A model generated the notes under the pieces. That model searched no databases and was not told the DNA's origin. It saw only the letters and a list, made by a program, of their open reading frames with translations. Below, piece after piece: positions 29,587-39,238 of a stretch of DNA of 64,000 nucleotides. Each line of letters opens with the position of its first letter. Position 1 is the stretch's first letter. The DNA comes from a virus. Location of the stretch: the UHGV virus genome UHGV-1351408; one strand, written 5' to 3'. Made by a program: the position numbers and the translations under genes.

Positions 29587-29825
29587 TACATTTTTCCTGC
29601 TCTTCTAAGTTCGTTGTAAGCAATTTCCTCTTTATACGACCTCTGAATTTCAAGAAATTGTCTCAATGATAATAAATCAGAGAATGTCATAGCAAAGAGT
29701 TGGTCAAGTGTTTCTTTACACCCTTCCATACCATAAATAGCAAGCACAAATTTCATCTCGTCTGCTTCTTCATAGGTTGCCTCTACAGCAGCATCAGTCA
29801 GTGGTGTCTGTAGAGTGTTACCCAT
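29586..29825 (-). CDS. tail assembly chaperone, frameshift-extension ORF (gpT/E'-like)
   Basis: 79-aa ORF; its frame is the -1 frame of 29828-30226 and is open back to the slippery site. Confidence 0.45.
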
Positions 29826-29827
29826 GT

Positions 29828-30226
29828 TTACTGAGAAGTTAGGCTTTTGAAAATGCTTGCTTCGAAAAAACTTCCGAAATTTGCCTCCAGCGCAAATGCT
29901 AAGTAATCAATAAATTCACCATAGTTTGCTTGGAAGTATGTATCAATATTAAGTGGGAAGTCATCAACAGTTGCCCCTTGAAATAATAGGGTAGCCATTT
30001 CTTCAAGGTTAATTTCTTCAATTCTGTCAAAACAAGCTTCAACAAGTTCTTTAAATGGAACCATTGGAGCTTCTTTCTTATCTTTATCAGTCAGACTTGA
30101 TAGCATCTGTGCAAAAGTTGGAACAACAATTTTACCCAACTTCATAGACATCTTAATACCATCTCTTGCCCCAAGCAGAACGATATTTACTTTCTTACCA
30201 TTAATTACTCTAGATTCTGTTTTCAT
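29828..30226 (-). CDS. tail assembly chaperone (gpG/E-like)
   Basis: 132 aa; directly upstream of tape measure; contains the slippery heptamer near its 3' end. Confidence 0.5.
   Translation of the reverse strand: MKTESRVINGKKVNIVLLGARDGIKMSMKLGKIVVPTFAQMLSSLTDKDKKEAPMVPFKELVEACFDRIEEINLEEMATLLFQGATVDDFPLNIDTYFQANYGEFIDYLAFALEANFGSFFEASIFKSLTSQ
29864..29870 (-). other. candidate -1 programmed frameshift heptamer T_TTT_TTC
   Basis: In zero-frame phase of the upstream ORF; -1 frame has no stop from here into 29586-29825 (checked codon by codon). Confidence 0.45.
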
Positions 30227-30246
30227 TGTGATTCCTTAATACTTTT

Positions 30247-30288
30247 AAAAGAAACAAAAAAGGGGAAGACCTTTTAAAGTCTCCCCCT
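30247..30288 (-). terminator. rho-independent terminator after tube gene
   Basis: Hairpin GGGGAAGAC/GTCTCCCC; T-run on the minus strand. Confidence 0.55.
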
Positions 30289-30299
30289 TATAGGATTTA

Positions 30300-30746
30300 T
30301 TAAACACTTGACGCTGGAATTGTAGAAGTGTAGTCTAGCTTCTCACAACCAAAAATCCAAGTTTTAGAGTTCTGGTCACGACCAAGTTCAATCTGCGGTA
30401 ATTCCTGCAACCAAGCATTAATACCAGTTGCCAGAACAGAGCCTGATGGGTCGTAGATTACGAAGTTAGAAGAGATATCTTCTTCAAGTTCCATATTGTC
30501 TTGTTTAGCTTGAATTGCAGAAAGCATCTGATTAGAGAGAGAAGTCTGCATTAGCTCAATCTCAATAGTACCTGTCTTGTCTGCATTTCTTGTCAGAGCA
30601 ACCTGACCACCTGCACCTACAACTGGTGTAATAAGTGGTGATGTTCTCTGTAGACGTAAGAATGAATCTGGAGCAAAGCCTTCAATAGCAATGCCGTTCC
30701 AGCTACACACAACGTCTTTAGGGGAATATTGCTGATACATAGCCAT
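30300..30746 (-). CDS. tail tube protein (by size and position)
   Basis: 148 aa. Confidence 0.45.
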   Translation of the reverse strand: MAMYQQYSPKDVVCSWNGIAIEGFAPDSFLRLQRTSPLITPVVGAGGQVALTRNADKTGTIEIELMQTSLSNQMLSAIQAKQDNMELEEDISSNFVIYDPSGSVLATGINAWLQELPQIELGRDQNSKTWIFGCEKLDYTSTIPASSV

Positions 30747-30761
30747 TCCAATTTACCTCTA

Positions 30762-32114
30762 TTATTCGTAAGCCACTGTACCTTTCAAGTCAACATCCAA
30801 GATAGCCCCTGCTAAGATACCTGCGAAGGTAACATCTTTCAGGATACGAGCTTTCTTGTCTGCCAAAGCAACTTGAGAGGCTTTAGGAACATTAACTGTG
30901 TAAGATGACAGGAAGTTTCTGTTGACTGCTCTTTGTAGAGAGGTTTCAATGACTTGACGAATACGGGTAATACCAGTATCATCATAAGTAATCTTACCAC
31001 CCTTCTGGTTAATTAGCAAGTCTCTCAGAGAAGTTTTCAGGTCTGATTCCAACCAGTCAACGCCACGGATGATATCAATCCATTCCCCACCAGAAGTAAT
31101 CCCTCTACGAACCACTGGAACACCACCATCAAGGTCAATAAAGTTACAGTGACGTGCATCTAAAGCTGACTTCTGAATACTTGTCAGAGGTCTCTTATTA
31201 GCTGGCTGTAGAGAAGCAGCTACACCAGTCAACTGAGCATTACCCCAAGCAATTGACCCTGCATCGTATGGAGCACCGTAAGCAATGTATGCCATCTCTG
31301 GATAGTCTTCTGCTGCTGTGTGATGCCACAAGCAAACTGTGCGGGTATACATACTCTTAGCAAGCTGTGCTGGAACATCGTTTGCACTGTTTAATTCTGT
31401 ACCTTGTAGTGCTGATACATCAGAGTTAGCAGTGAAGAAGATTTTCTTACGAGCCTGAATCTCAGAAGCCATTGCTAAGACAAACTGTTGAGTTCTGTCT
31501 TCTGCTGCAATGAAATACCAGTCAGTTGAATAAGCTTCAATAGCTGCTAGAGCAGTTGATGCTGTATCGGCAGTTGTGCTTGCAATAGATACAGTCTGTG
31601 CTGTAGTTGTTACTTTCACAAAGTCATTATCACCAGCTTTAGTGATAATCATTGTGGCAGAACCACCGCTACCAGTTACGTTCACAGAAACCTTATCTTT
31701 AATTGTTGGGTCAGCTTCAATCTGTGTTTTGAACTGTTGCAAAACTTTCTCAGCAGTATCTGATTCCACTGCTGTATACTGATATGGTTGAGAAATTCCA
31801 CCGCCAGCAGCTACAGTAATTGAGTAGTCTGTACTTTCGGTAACAGCATCAGGAATTGATACAGTATACTGCATAGCACGTCTACCAATATAAAGCTGAG
31901 TTACTTTAGGAGTCTGACTCCAAAGTTGTTTAGCAGCCTTATATGCAGCAGAGTTTTCATCGAAATCTTCAGCAACTTCAGTTAAGGAAGTGTAACCACG
32001 CACTCTTTCTTCAAAGTTATCTGTTGAAGCTAAGAATAGTGGCAGCCCAAAACCTTCTCTTGTAGTTCCTGCGGTGTTCAATGTAATATCTACATTAACA
32101 ATTGGATTCCACAT
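30762..32114 (-). CDS. tail sheath protein (by size and position)
   Basis: 450 aa, directly upstream of tube. Confidence 0.45.
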   Translation of the reverse strand: MWNPIVNVDITLNTAGTTREGFGLPLFLASTDNFEERVRGYTSLTEVAEDFDENSAAYKAAKQLWSQTPKVTQLYIGRRAMQYTVSIPDAVTESTDYSITVAAGGGISQPYQYTAVESDTAEKVLQQFKTQIEADPTIKDKVSVNVTGSGGSATMIITKAGDNDFVKVTTTAQTVSIASTTADTASTALAAIEAYSTDWYFIAAEDRTQQFVLAMASEIQARKKIFFTANSDVSALQGTELNSANDVPAQLAKSMYTRTVCLWHHTAAEDYPEMAYIAYGAPYDAGSIAWGNAQLTGVAASLQPANKRPLTSIQKSALDARHCNFIDLDGGVPVVRRGITSGGEWIDIIRGVDWLESDLKTSLRDLLINQKGGKITYDDTGITRIRQVIETSLQRAVNRNFLSSYTVNVPKASQVALADKKARILKDVTFAGILAGAILDVDLKGTVAYE

Positions 32115-32714
32115 TTATTTTACCCCTTTGGAGTCTACATCTAGATGGATAGTATATTCTGGCGGCTCTTGTCCTTCTTCGTAAACTAATTCACCATCCA
32201 CAATGACACGCTCAATAATACTTCCACGTTCATCTTTCAGGACTGAATTTTTTACAAGAGTTACAACAAGAGGTGCAGAATTTTCGAAATCTGTATTGAG
32301 ATAAGTATAGTCATTCGGGATTGCTCCAGTATCTAGTACTGTAGCCCCTGTTTCTTCAAGGATTAAATCTCTGACTGAACTCATCTCTAATCGTTGTTTA
32401 AGCTCAAGCATGATGCTGTGAGCACCCTTACCATTTACCGTAATCAATACAGGAATCTGAAAAGCAATTCTGTAGCAAACTACATCATCTTCAACAAATT
32501 TATCAAGAACCCAACCATAAGGTGTTGCAGCATCTTGACAATATACGGTAATGAATGGCTGGTCAGGTTTTAAACCTTTGTCATTTGAGTTATCAGAAGG
32601 GTAAGCTCTAATTACATTTGGTCTATTATTTTTATCACGAGCTAGTCTGTGACCAATAACATCCACTAAGGTTCTAACTAGACCTTTTTCAAGTTCTGCT
32701 GTTTCTAACTGCAT
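32115..32714 (-). CDS. head-tail joining / tail completion protein
   Basis: 199 aa; position. Confidence 0.4.
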   Translation of the reverse strand: MQLETAELEKGLVRTLVDVIGHRLARDKNNRPNVIRAYPSDNSNDKGLKPDQPFITVYCQDAATPYGWVLDKFVEDDVVCYRIAFQIPVLITVNGKGAHSIMLELKQRLEMSSVRDLILEETGATVLDTGAIPNDYTYLNTDFENSAPLVVTLVKNSVLKDERGSIIERVIVDGELVYEEGQEPPEYTIHLDVDSKGVK

Positions 32715-33090
32715 TCATTTTATCCCTTCTAATAATGATATATTCATAATGGGACGTATGGGCTAATTGCTGTGACCAATCCATAGTCATAAATACTTCA
32801 TACTCATGACCATCAATCATAACAATATCAGACTCATTCCACTCTACATCATCTGAAGTTCTAAGTTTATATGTGGTATACAGGATTCTTGTATCGGTAA
32901 GCCTAATACCTTCCGGTAAAGCAATCTGTGTACCATTCTTTACAGAACCTTTGATATATGGCTGGATATTACCTTTGCAGTTAACCTCTACAATATCTTG
33001 TGAAGCTACCCAATCACCATCATCATTATAATAACCATCTTCAGAGACTTTACGCTTTACTACAAAGCTGTGTCTGTTTAAGAGTCTCAT
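32689..33090 (-). CDS. head-tail joining protein
   Basis: 133 aa; position. Confidence 0.4.
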   Translation of the reverse strand: MRLLNRHSFVVKRKVSEDGYYNDDGDWVASQDIVEVNCKGNIQPYIKGSVKNGTQIALPEGIRLTDTRILYTTYKLRTSDDVEWNESDIVMIDGHEYEVFMTMDWSQQLAHTSHYEYIIIRRDKMNAVRNSRT

Positions 33091-33569
33091 TTTTTAATAC
33101 CCTTCTTAGTAGAAATTTTATAAGCAAGGTTGTCTCTTAAGTCACCTGTCTCAACAAGAGGTGCATTAAAGCCTTTTTTCTTGACTGTGGAAGGTGCGTT
33201 AGGAGGGAGGATAGCAGAATTACCAAAACCTCTTTTAATTGCCTTTTGAGCATTCTTTGCAAATGCTTCTAAGGTATTTGAAGGGTCTGTGTTGAGACTG
33301 CTAAGTTGCTTATATAGATTCTTCTTAGTCTGCTCTAACAAGGTCTGTTTGTTTAGCATCATAGTGATTTCAAACAACCTACGATATACTTTACCAGAAG
33401 CTGAGGGAACCCCAATAACTTCTTGTAAATACATTAAAGCAGGATAAGAAAAACCAGAGCTATGTTGACCTTGTTCTTGAAAATACCCAACTTGAGCATT
33501 AGCCGTTTGCAAGTTCTTCATAGCCCCGACTAATTTTGCTCTAGCGGGGTGAATAACCCTTTTAACCAT
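33087..33569 (-). CDS. head completion protein
   Basis: 160 aa; position. Confidence 0.4.
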   Translation of the reverse strand: MVKRVIHPARAKLVGAMKNLQTANAQVGYFQEQGQHSSGFSYPALMYLQEVIGVPSASGKVYRRLFEITMMLNKQTLLEQTKKNLYKQLSSLNTDPSNTLEAFAKNAQKAIKRGFGNSAILPPNAPSTVKKKGFNAPLVETGDLRDNLAYKISTKKGIKK

Positions 33570-34018
33570 TATTCATCTCGCTCGATAATAAATACGCCAT
33601 TAACACGGTTGCAGTAATCTCTGCCTTCGTATCTGGCAGCATCACCATATTCTGTGTATTTCTTGACAGAGCAAGGATTCTGACGACGCATATCAATGTC
33701 GCACTGATTAATACCACCTGCATAGGGTAGTCCTGAAACAGAGCTTTTAACAAGGTCGTCATAAACAGCTTTCAGAGATTTGAATCTGGAAGAGTTACGT
33801 AAATAAACACCACCAACCTTCTCATCTCCCATCTTGGCTACTTGAAAGAGTAAATATTTAAGAGCTTTGATGGCTGCTTTCTTTTCATCCTTTCCAGATT
33901 CTAGATAGAACCACTCTAGCACAGACTGCTCAATAAGAATTTCATCATTATTAGTGTCTGTGCAGAGGATTCTTACTCTATCAAGAGGGTTATTGGCTGG
34001 GTCGCCTGTATAACACAT
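33569..34018 (-). CDS. head completion / DNA-packaging protein
   Basis: 149 aa; position. Confidence 0.4.
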   Translation of the reverse strand: MCYTGDPANNPLDRVRILCTDTNNDEILIEQSVLEWFYLESGKDEKKAAIKALKYLLFQVAKMGDEKVGGVYLRNSSRFKSLKAVYDDLVKSSVSGLPYAGGINQCDIDMRRQNPCSVKKYTEYGDAARYEGRDYCNRVNGVFIIERDE

Positions 34019-34039
34019 TAATAACCCTCCTTAAGAATA

Positions 34040-35143
34040 TTAGTCTTTGGCGTCAGCACGAACATCTACCAGCAACTGAGGACGAGTACAGTATGGCAGC
34101 ATGTAAGAGTGAGCTTCAAAGTCAATACCTTCGTCACGGTCTTTTTCGTATTCGAATACGTACAGTTCCTGACCAAGTGTATTTGCGTAACCCATCTTAG
34201 GACATGGACCATAAGCCACTTCGAAGATGTTGTTTGCTTCACCCAGCATAGAAACGTTAGGGAAGGCATGACCAACACCAACAGTTGCTGCTGCACCATC
34301 AATGCTCACCAGAGTGTGAACCTTACCGCGCTTGTCTTTGAACTTACCGTTGTACTGGACAAACTTAACACCACCGTAGTAGAAGGTGTTCATATGAGCC
34401 TGAACGCCGTCAGTACCACCAGTTCTCAGAGAACCAGTAATCTGTTGCCAAGCCAGCGGAGTCTGCTGTGCAAGATAAGCGTCACGAATCTTAGGATGTT
34501 TAGTCAGCTTGCTGAAGAACACACGGTCAACAACTACGTGAATTTCTTCACCGTTGATTACAGTGCCAGTCTTAGCTTCATCTTCCATGTGCATACGCAG
34601 TTCTTCAATAGAAGCGTCGATATCCGCATTAGGGTTGTCAAGGTCGAAGTAAACAGTCTTCTTCTCAACATCGAACTGCTTGTACAGGTCAGCGTACAGA
34701 GTACCACGAGCATCGACAACTTTACCCTTCAGAGCTTGCATAAACAGGAACTCACGAGTAATATCGAACTTGGTACGAATCTTCATCAGCTTCTTAGCAC
34801 GTACTACAGCTTCAGTAGTAAGCTCGTTTGCAGTGCCTGGCTGACGTACACCCTGAATTTCATCAGGAGTGATGCTTTCAACTTCTTTGAAGTACATCAT
34901 TGGGAAGCTGATTTGACGAACACGCTCAGGTGCGCTAGTCTCTGCTTTACGGCTATCACGGTCTACCGCATCAAGCAAGCTAACATCCCAATCAGTCAAG
35001 TCCATAAGGAAAGTAGTTTGGGTGATTGGTGCTGAACGGAACAGACCTAAGTTGGAAATATACCCATAAGTATTTGGGATAGACTGGACTTCACCAGTCA
35101 GGTCAGCAAGGAAAAATCTGCTTTTTTCAGAATTAGTCAACAT
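34040..35143 (-). CDS. major capsid protein (lambda gpE-like arrangement)
   Basis: 367 aa; follows decoration protein and protease-scaffold. Confidence 0.65.
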   Translation of the reverse strand: MLTNSEKSRFFLADLTGEVQSIPNTYGYISNLGLFRSAPITQTTFLMDLTDWDVSLLDAVDRDSRKAETSAPERVRQISFPMMYFKEVESITPDEIQGVRQPGTANELTTEAVVRAKKLMKIRTKFDITREFLFMQALKGKVVDARGTLYADLYKQFDVEKKTVYFDLDNPNADIDASIEELRMHMEDEAKTGTVINGEEIHVVVDRVFFSKLTKHPKIRDAYLAQQTPLAWQQITGSLRTGGTDGVQAHMNTFYYGGVKFVQYNGKFKDKRGKVHTLVSIDGAAATVGVGHAFPNVSMLGEANNIFEVAYGPCPKMGYANTLGQELYVFEYEKDRDEGIDFEAHSYMLPYCTRPQLLVDVRADAKD

Positions 35144-35176
35144 TGTAAAATTCTCCAGAATGTCTTATTATTGTTA

Positions 35177-35554
35177 TTACAGGCCAGTTGGTACGAAATC
35201 AATACCTTTAGCAGCCAGAGCTTTCTTGACGTTCTCAGCATTAACACCAGACTCAAGAGTAAGCATGTCTTTCAGTTCTGCATCACGGTAAATACCAACA
35301 ACTTTCAACTGACCGTGGTAAGACAGTTGCAGGTCTGCATAAAAGTTAACGATACATACAGAATCAGCCTGAGTTTCTTCCCCTGCTGCAACTTTAGTAC
35401 CATCTGCTTTCAGAACTTCACCTACACGGTATTCTGTTGAAGCAACTGGAGTGTACTCTTTACGAGAGTGGCCTGTTGGGGTAATCTGTTCCCAAAGAAT
35501 GATATCATTCAGAGGTTCTCTTTTACCTAGCTTAGTAAAACCTTCATATGCCAT
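35177..35554 (-). CDS. head decoration protein (gpD-like, by position)
   Basis: 125 aa between protease-scaffold and capsid genes. Confidence 0.45.
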   Translation of the reverse strand: MAYEGFTKLGKREPLNDIILWEQITPTGHSRKEYTPVASTEYRVGEVLKADGTKVAAGEETQADSVCIVNFYADLQLSYHGQLKVVGIYRDAELKDMLTLESGVNAENVKKALAAKGIDFVPTGL

Positions 35555-35565
35555 TATTGTGTTCC

Positions 35566-36912
35566 TTATTTAATAAGAGATTTTAGAGCATTCTGGAGAG
35601 CCAGTTTGCGTTGTTCAGCGGTGTCTTCGGAAGCATTCTTAGCTGGTTCGTTTTCTTCTTCAACCAAATCAGCTTCGCCGTCATTACCCATTTCTTCCAT
35701 AGCGTTGGAATGTTCAAGAACAGCACCAGCAGTTTCTTTCAGCTTGGTAATTTCTGATTCTTTTTCTTCCATTGCAGAAGCGTGGGACGCGATAGTTTCA
35801 TTAAGTTTCTGGTTAGCACCTTCCATAGCATTCATAAACAGAACACTCAGAGGGTTATCAAGACCAGCACCTAAAATAGTTGTTGCAGCTTCTTTTGCAT
35901 CAAATCCAAAAGCTTCAGCAGAAGCAGAAATCTTATTAGTCAAATCTGACAAAGCAGCTTCCTGTTCTTTGGCTTTCATTTGAGCAACCTGAAGACGCAA
36001 AGCTTCTAGTTCTTGCTTTTCTTGTTCAGTCATTTCTTCACCTGAATTGTTAACGTTTAAACTTACAGGAGCCTCTTCAGAACCTTGTAAGTAATTTAAG
36101 AAATCATCTTGAGACATGATTGAGTTAATTAAACCAAGTTCAAGAGCTTCCTGAGCAGAATAAACATTCGCCTCAGTATTCTTTACAGCTTCTTCAGAGA
36201 GATTACGAGATTCAGCTACAAAACCTGTAAAGGTTGCGTAGGTATCATTAATTCTCTTTTGAAGTCTTTCTTTGCTTTCTTCTGAAAGTGCTTGGAATGG
36301 TGAACCCATACCTTTAAACTCACCAGCTTTGATGACGTTAATTGTTACGCCATTCTTTTCAAATGCCTTAGTTAATTCCTGATGAACCATGATTACACCA
36401 ATAGAACCAACATCTGCATCTGGTGATGCAATAATTTCTTCAGCAGAAGATGCAAGAGCGTATGCAGCGGAACAAGCGAACTCATCTACATAAGCAATAA
36501 TTTTCTTTTGGCCTCTTGAAGCCATAATGTGACGTGCTAATTCAAAGCAACCTGAAGCTTCACCACCACCGGAATCAATATGCAGAACAATAGTCTTAAT
36601 TGACTCATCTGCTAAAGCTTCGTCAAAGCCTCTGCGTAAACCTTCATAAGAGCTTAAACCACCTGTACACATTGCATCAATGAATGTCATACGATGAGTT
36701 AAGCCACCCATAATAGGGATAATAGCAATATCATCTTTTACTTTTAAAAGACTTCTTGCTTCACCTTTGGGTTTATCAAAGTTTACTGCTGCTTGGACAT
36801 CACCCAGCAATCTGTTATTCACATAAGTTGCTGCTGAGTGAGCTAATGATTCAGTGGCTAGTAAAGGTTGGTTGAATAATCTATCAGCAAGTCTGAAGAT
36901 ATTCGAACTCAT
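35566..36912 (-). CDS. prohead protease, S49 (SppA/ClpP-like) family, fused to scaffold domain
   Basis: 448 aa; S49-like core (IVLHIDSGGGE ... FACSAAYALAS); C-terminal coiled-coil region. Confidence 0.7.
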   Translation of the reverse strand: MSSNIFRLADRLFNQPLLATESLAHSAATYVNNRLLGDVQAAVNFDKPKGEARSLLKVKDDIAIIPIMGGLTHRMTFIDAMCTGGLSSYEGLRRGFDEALADESIKTIVLHIDSGGGEASGCFELARHIMASRGQKKIIAYVDEFACSAAYALASSAEEIIASPDADVGSIGVIMVHQELTKAFEKNGVTINVIKAGEFKGMGSPFQALSEESKERLQKRINDTYATFTGFVAESRNLSEEAVKNTEANVYSAQEALELGLINSIMSQDDFLNYLQGSEEAPVSLNVNNSGEEMTEQEKQELEALRLQVAQMKAKEQEAALSDLTNKISASAEAFGFDAKEAATTILGAGLDNPLSVLFMNAMEGANQKLNETIASHASAMEEKESEITKLKETAGAVLEHSNAMEEMGNDGEADLVEEENEPAKNASEDTAEQRKLALQNALKSLIK

Positions 36913-36923
36913 TTTTACTCACC

Positions 36924-37256
36924 CTATTTGTTTAAATCTACAGAGACTGAAGAGATAACATAGATACCTTCTTCAGCAAAGAATTGAGGTTTGCTAAGAG
37001 CACCAGTTGCCACGCATTTATCGTTGGCATCCCACAAGCTATAGTGTGAGACCGTTGCAGAAGCTGGGACAGTAATATTAACTGTGTCTTCTGAGGCAAT
37101 TAAGCCATTATCCGGTTCAGAAAAATAAATAGCCACTGGATGAGTAACCTTATTTGCTGTAGGGTCTGCCGTTGGGTCTACATTGTGTAAAATAATAGTC
37201 GTTGGGGTTAGCGTGGCGAGGATTTTATTCTTACCATCAATAGTTAATGTTCCCAT
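36924..37256 (-). CDS. hypothetical head protein
   Basis: 110 aa. Confidence 0.4.
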   Translation of the reverse strand: MGTLTIDGKNKILATLTPTTIILHNVDPTADPTANKVTHPVAIYFSEPDNGLIASEDTVNITVPASATVSHYSLWDANDKCVATGALSKPQFFAEEGIYVISSVSVDLNK

Positions 37257-37756
37257 TAATTAAACCTTACTTTTTGTTTAAGGACTGTTGAATGGTTACC
37301 AGATTCATCTACCACATTTACAATCATATCATATACTTTACCTTTGACAAGTACTTTGTAATCATTTTGTGAAAAAATGTATTCAAGTCTGTTTGTTTCT
37401 TTATTAACTATCATTGGAGATTGAAATGCAGTGTCGAGGGTAATGAAAGAGGCTTCAATGCTATTAACATTGATACGTTTATTCTCGCAGTTATATAACT
37501 TTACACCCAAAAGGCATGAACTGTCAAATGGAATTTTAACAATTTCACTACAATTTCCTGAAATAAACGATTTTCCACTCATTGGTGCATCAAGTAACCT
37601 GCAAATAGTGAAAACGTCAGAGATTCCACCATCACTAACATAACCTGAAAGGCTGACCCTTGAGCCAGCCTCTACAGATAACTTATCAGTAATGATAAGG
37701 ACACCTCTATACGAATGCACTCGTGTAGCATTTGAAATAGAGATAACTTCAGCCAT
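37256..37756 (-). CDS. hypothetical head protein
   Basis: 166 aa. Confidence 0.4.
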   Translation of the reverse strand: MAEVISISNATRVHSYRGVLIITDKLSVEAGSRVSLSGYVSDGGISDVFTICRLLDAPMSGKSFISGNCSEIVKIPFDSSCLLGVKLYNCENKRINVNSIEASFITLDTAFQSPMIVNKETNRLEYIFSQNDYKVLVKGKVYDMIVNVVDESGNHSTVLKQKVRFN

Positions 37757-39231
37757 TATTTATTTGCCTTATTTGCTGTGCTTGGGTCTTTCGCTGAAGG
37801 TGTCTTTGCAGTACCTTCTCCAGCGGTCTTATAACCATCTCCTGAACGGCTTTGGCTATTCGGAGAAAGCTTTTCAGATACTGGCTGAGACTCATCAGCA
37901 GGAGGAAGACCAATATGCTCTCTAAGTTTGTTAGATAGCTCTTTGTCAACTTCCAAAGCACCTACTGCAACAGTCTTCTGAATATAAGAACCAATTGCTT
38001 CAAGGTCTGGAGTTTCAATATCATCATATGTGATTTGCACATGTTCTTCATCATCCCACATATTAAGAGCATAAGTCTGTGCAACTAAGTCACGGTTAAT
38101 TACGTTCTTAATTTGCTTCAGCAGAATATCTACTGACATTGCTAATAAGCTTGTCTTAGAATCTGCAAGAGAGAATGAACCGTATTTTGACTGACCCATA
38201 GCAAGAACATCTGACATAAATGCCATCATAATCTGCTTAGAATATCTGTCAATGATAGAGCCTGTGTCATATGCTTTAGCACCCTGTCTAGAAACTAATG
38301 AGAACTCAAAAATATCCTCTTTAGTATCTGGGTCGATATATCTAGGCCAGATTAAACCTGCTCTGTCATTAGCAATCATGTCATTAACAACAGTTTTGCA
38401 GTATTGTACGAAAGCTTTCTTTTCAGGTTCTGCATTTTCATCTAGATAGTCTGGTGGTAAACCAATCTTTGGCATACCTACTAAGTCTCTTGAAACACCA
38501 ACAGCCTCATACTCTTCAATCTGTACTTTATATTTCCACGGTACATAAGCATTAAGTAATGGTGAACGACCTTCTGGATTTCCATATTCATCGTCATACT
38601 TAAACAGCATAAACTTAGCTCGTGGAAGTTTTCTTGTTAGAGGTCTCTCTCCAAGATTGATTGCTCCAGCAATATGTGAAACATTTCTCAGATTCTGTCT
38701 AACACCAGTAACTTTTCTAAAGTCTTCGTCAAAATACCACTTATCAAGTGTTGACTGGTTTCTGATTGGTAATTTAGCCCACCCAATTAGACCATCATCA
38801 AATTTTGACTGGTACTTTCCTTTTTTACCCTGACGTTTCTTATAAACCTTTTCGTTAACACAGAACCCATAAGTGCAGAATGACATTACAGAGTTAATAA
38901 AATCTGCCCAATCATGCTCCATGTCATCCATTAAAGAATTAAAGAAGTCTGCTCTTTCAAGCATTTTAGGGTCTTGCTCTTTTCCCTTTGGAGGTACGAA
39001 TCTCCAGTTGACTTTTCTGACAAACATCTTAATAATATTTACAGATGCTGCTACAGCAGGGTCACGCATCATTAATTGGAAAGTTTTAATACTTTCAGGG
39101 AACCTTAGTGCCTGACGAGGTTCTTCATAGATTCTTCCATTCTTAACCTTCAGACCCAAAGAACCTACTTCACCCATTCTAAATGGTGGTAAGCTTTCTT
39201 GTGTTTCTGTAATATCTGCCATTCTTCTCAC
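37756..39231 (-). CDS. portal protein
   Basis: 491 aa; immediately downstream of large terminase. Confidence 0.65.
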   Translation of the reverse strand: MRRMADITETQESLPPFRMGEVGSLGLKVKNGRIYEEPRQALRFPESIKTFQLMMRDPAVAASVNIIKMFVRKVNWRFVPPKGKEQDPKMLERADFFNSLMDDMEHDWADFINSVMSFCTYGFCVNEKVYKKRQGKKGKYQSKFDDGLIGWAKLPIRNQSTLDKWYFDEDFRKVTGVRQNLRNVSHIAGAINLGERPLTRKLPRAKFMLFKYDDEYGNPEGRSPLLNAYVPWKYKVQIEEYEAVGVSRDLVGMPKIGLPPDYLDENAEPEKKAFVQYCKTVVNDMIANDRAGLIWPRYIDPDTKEDIFEFSLVSRQGAKAYDTGSIIDRYSKQIMMAFMSDVLAMGQSKYGSFSLADSKTSLLAMSVDILLKQIKNVINRDLVAQTYALNMWDDEEHVQITYDDIETPDLEAIGSYIQKTVAVGALEVDKELSNKLREHIGLPPADESQPVSEKLSPNSQSRSGDGYKTAGEGTAKTPSAKDPSTANKANK

Positions 39232-39238
39232 CTAGCTA

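Noticed and set aside
34109-35035. 308-aa plus-strand ORF antisense to the major capsid gene, and similar antisense ORFs inside other large genes (529-741, 965-1336, 6942-7251, 19051-19611, 35606-35983)
   Set aside because: Each is fully embedded in a longer ORF on the other strand that has recognisable motifs and operon context; low-complexity translations.
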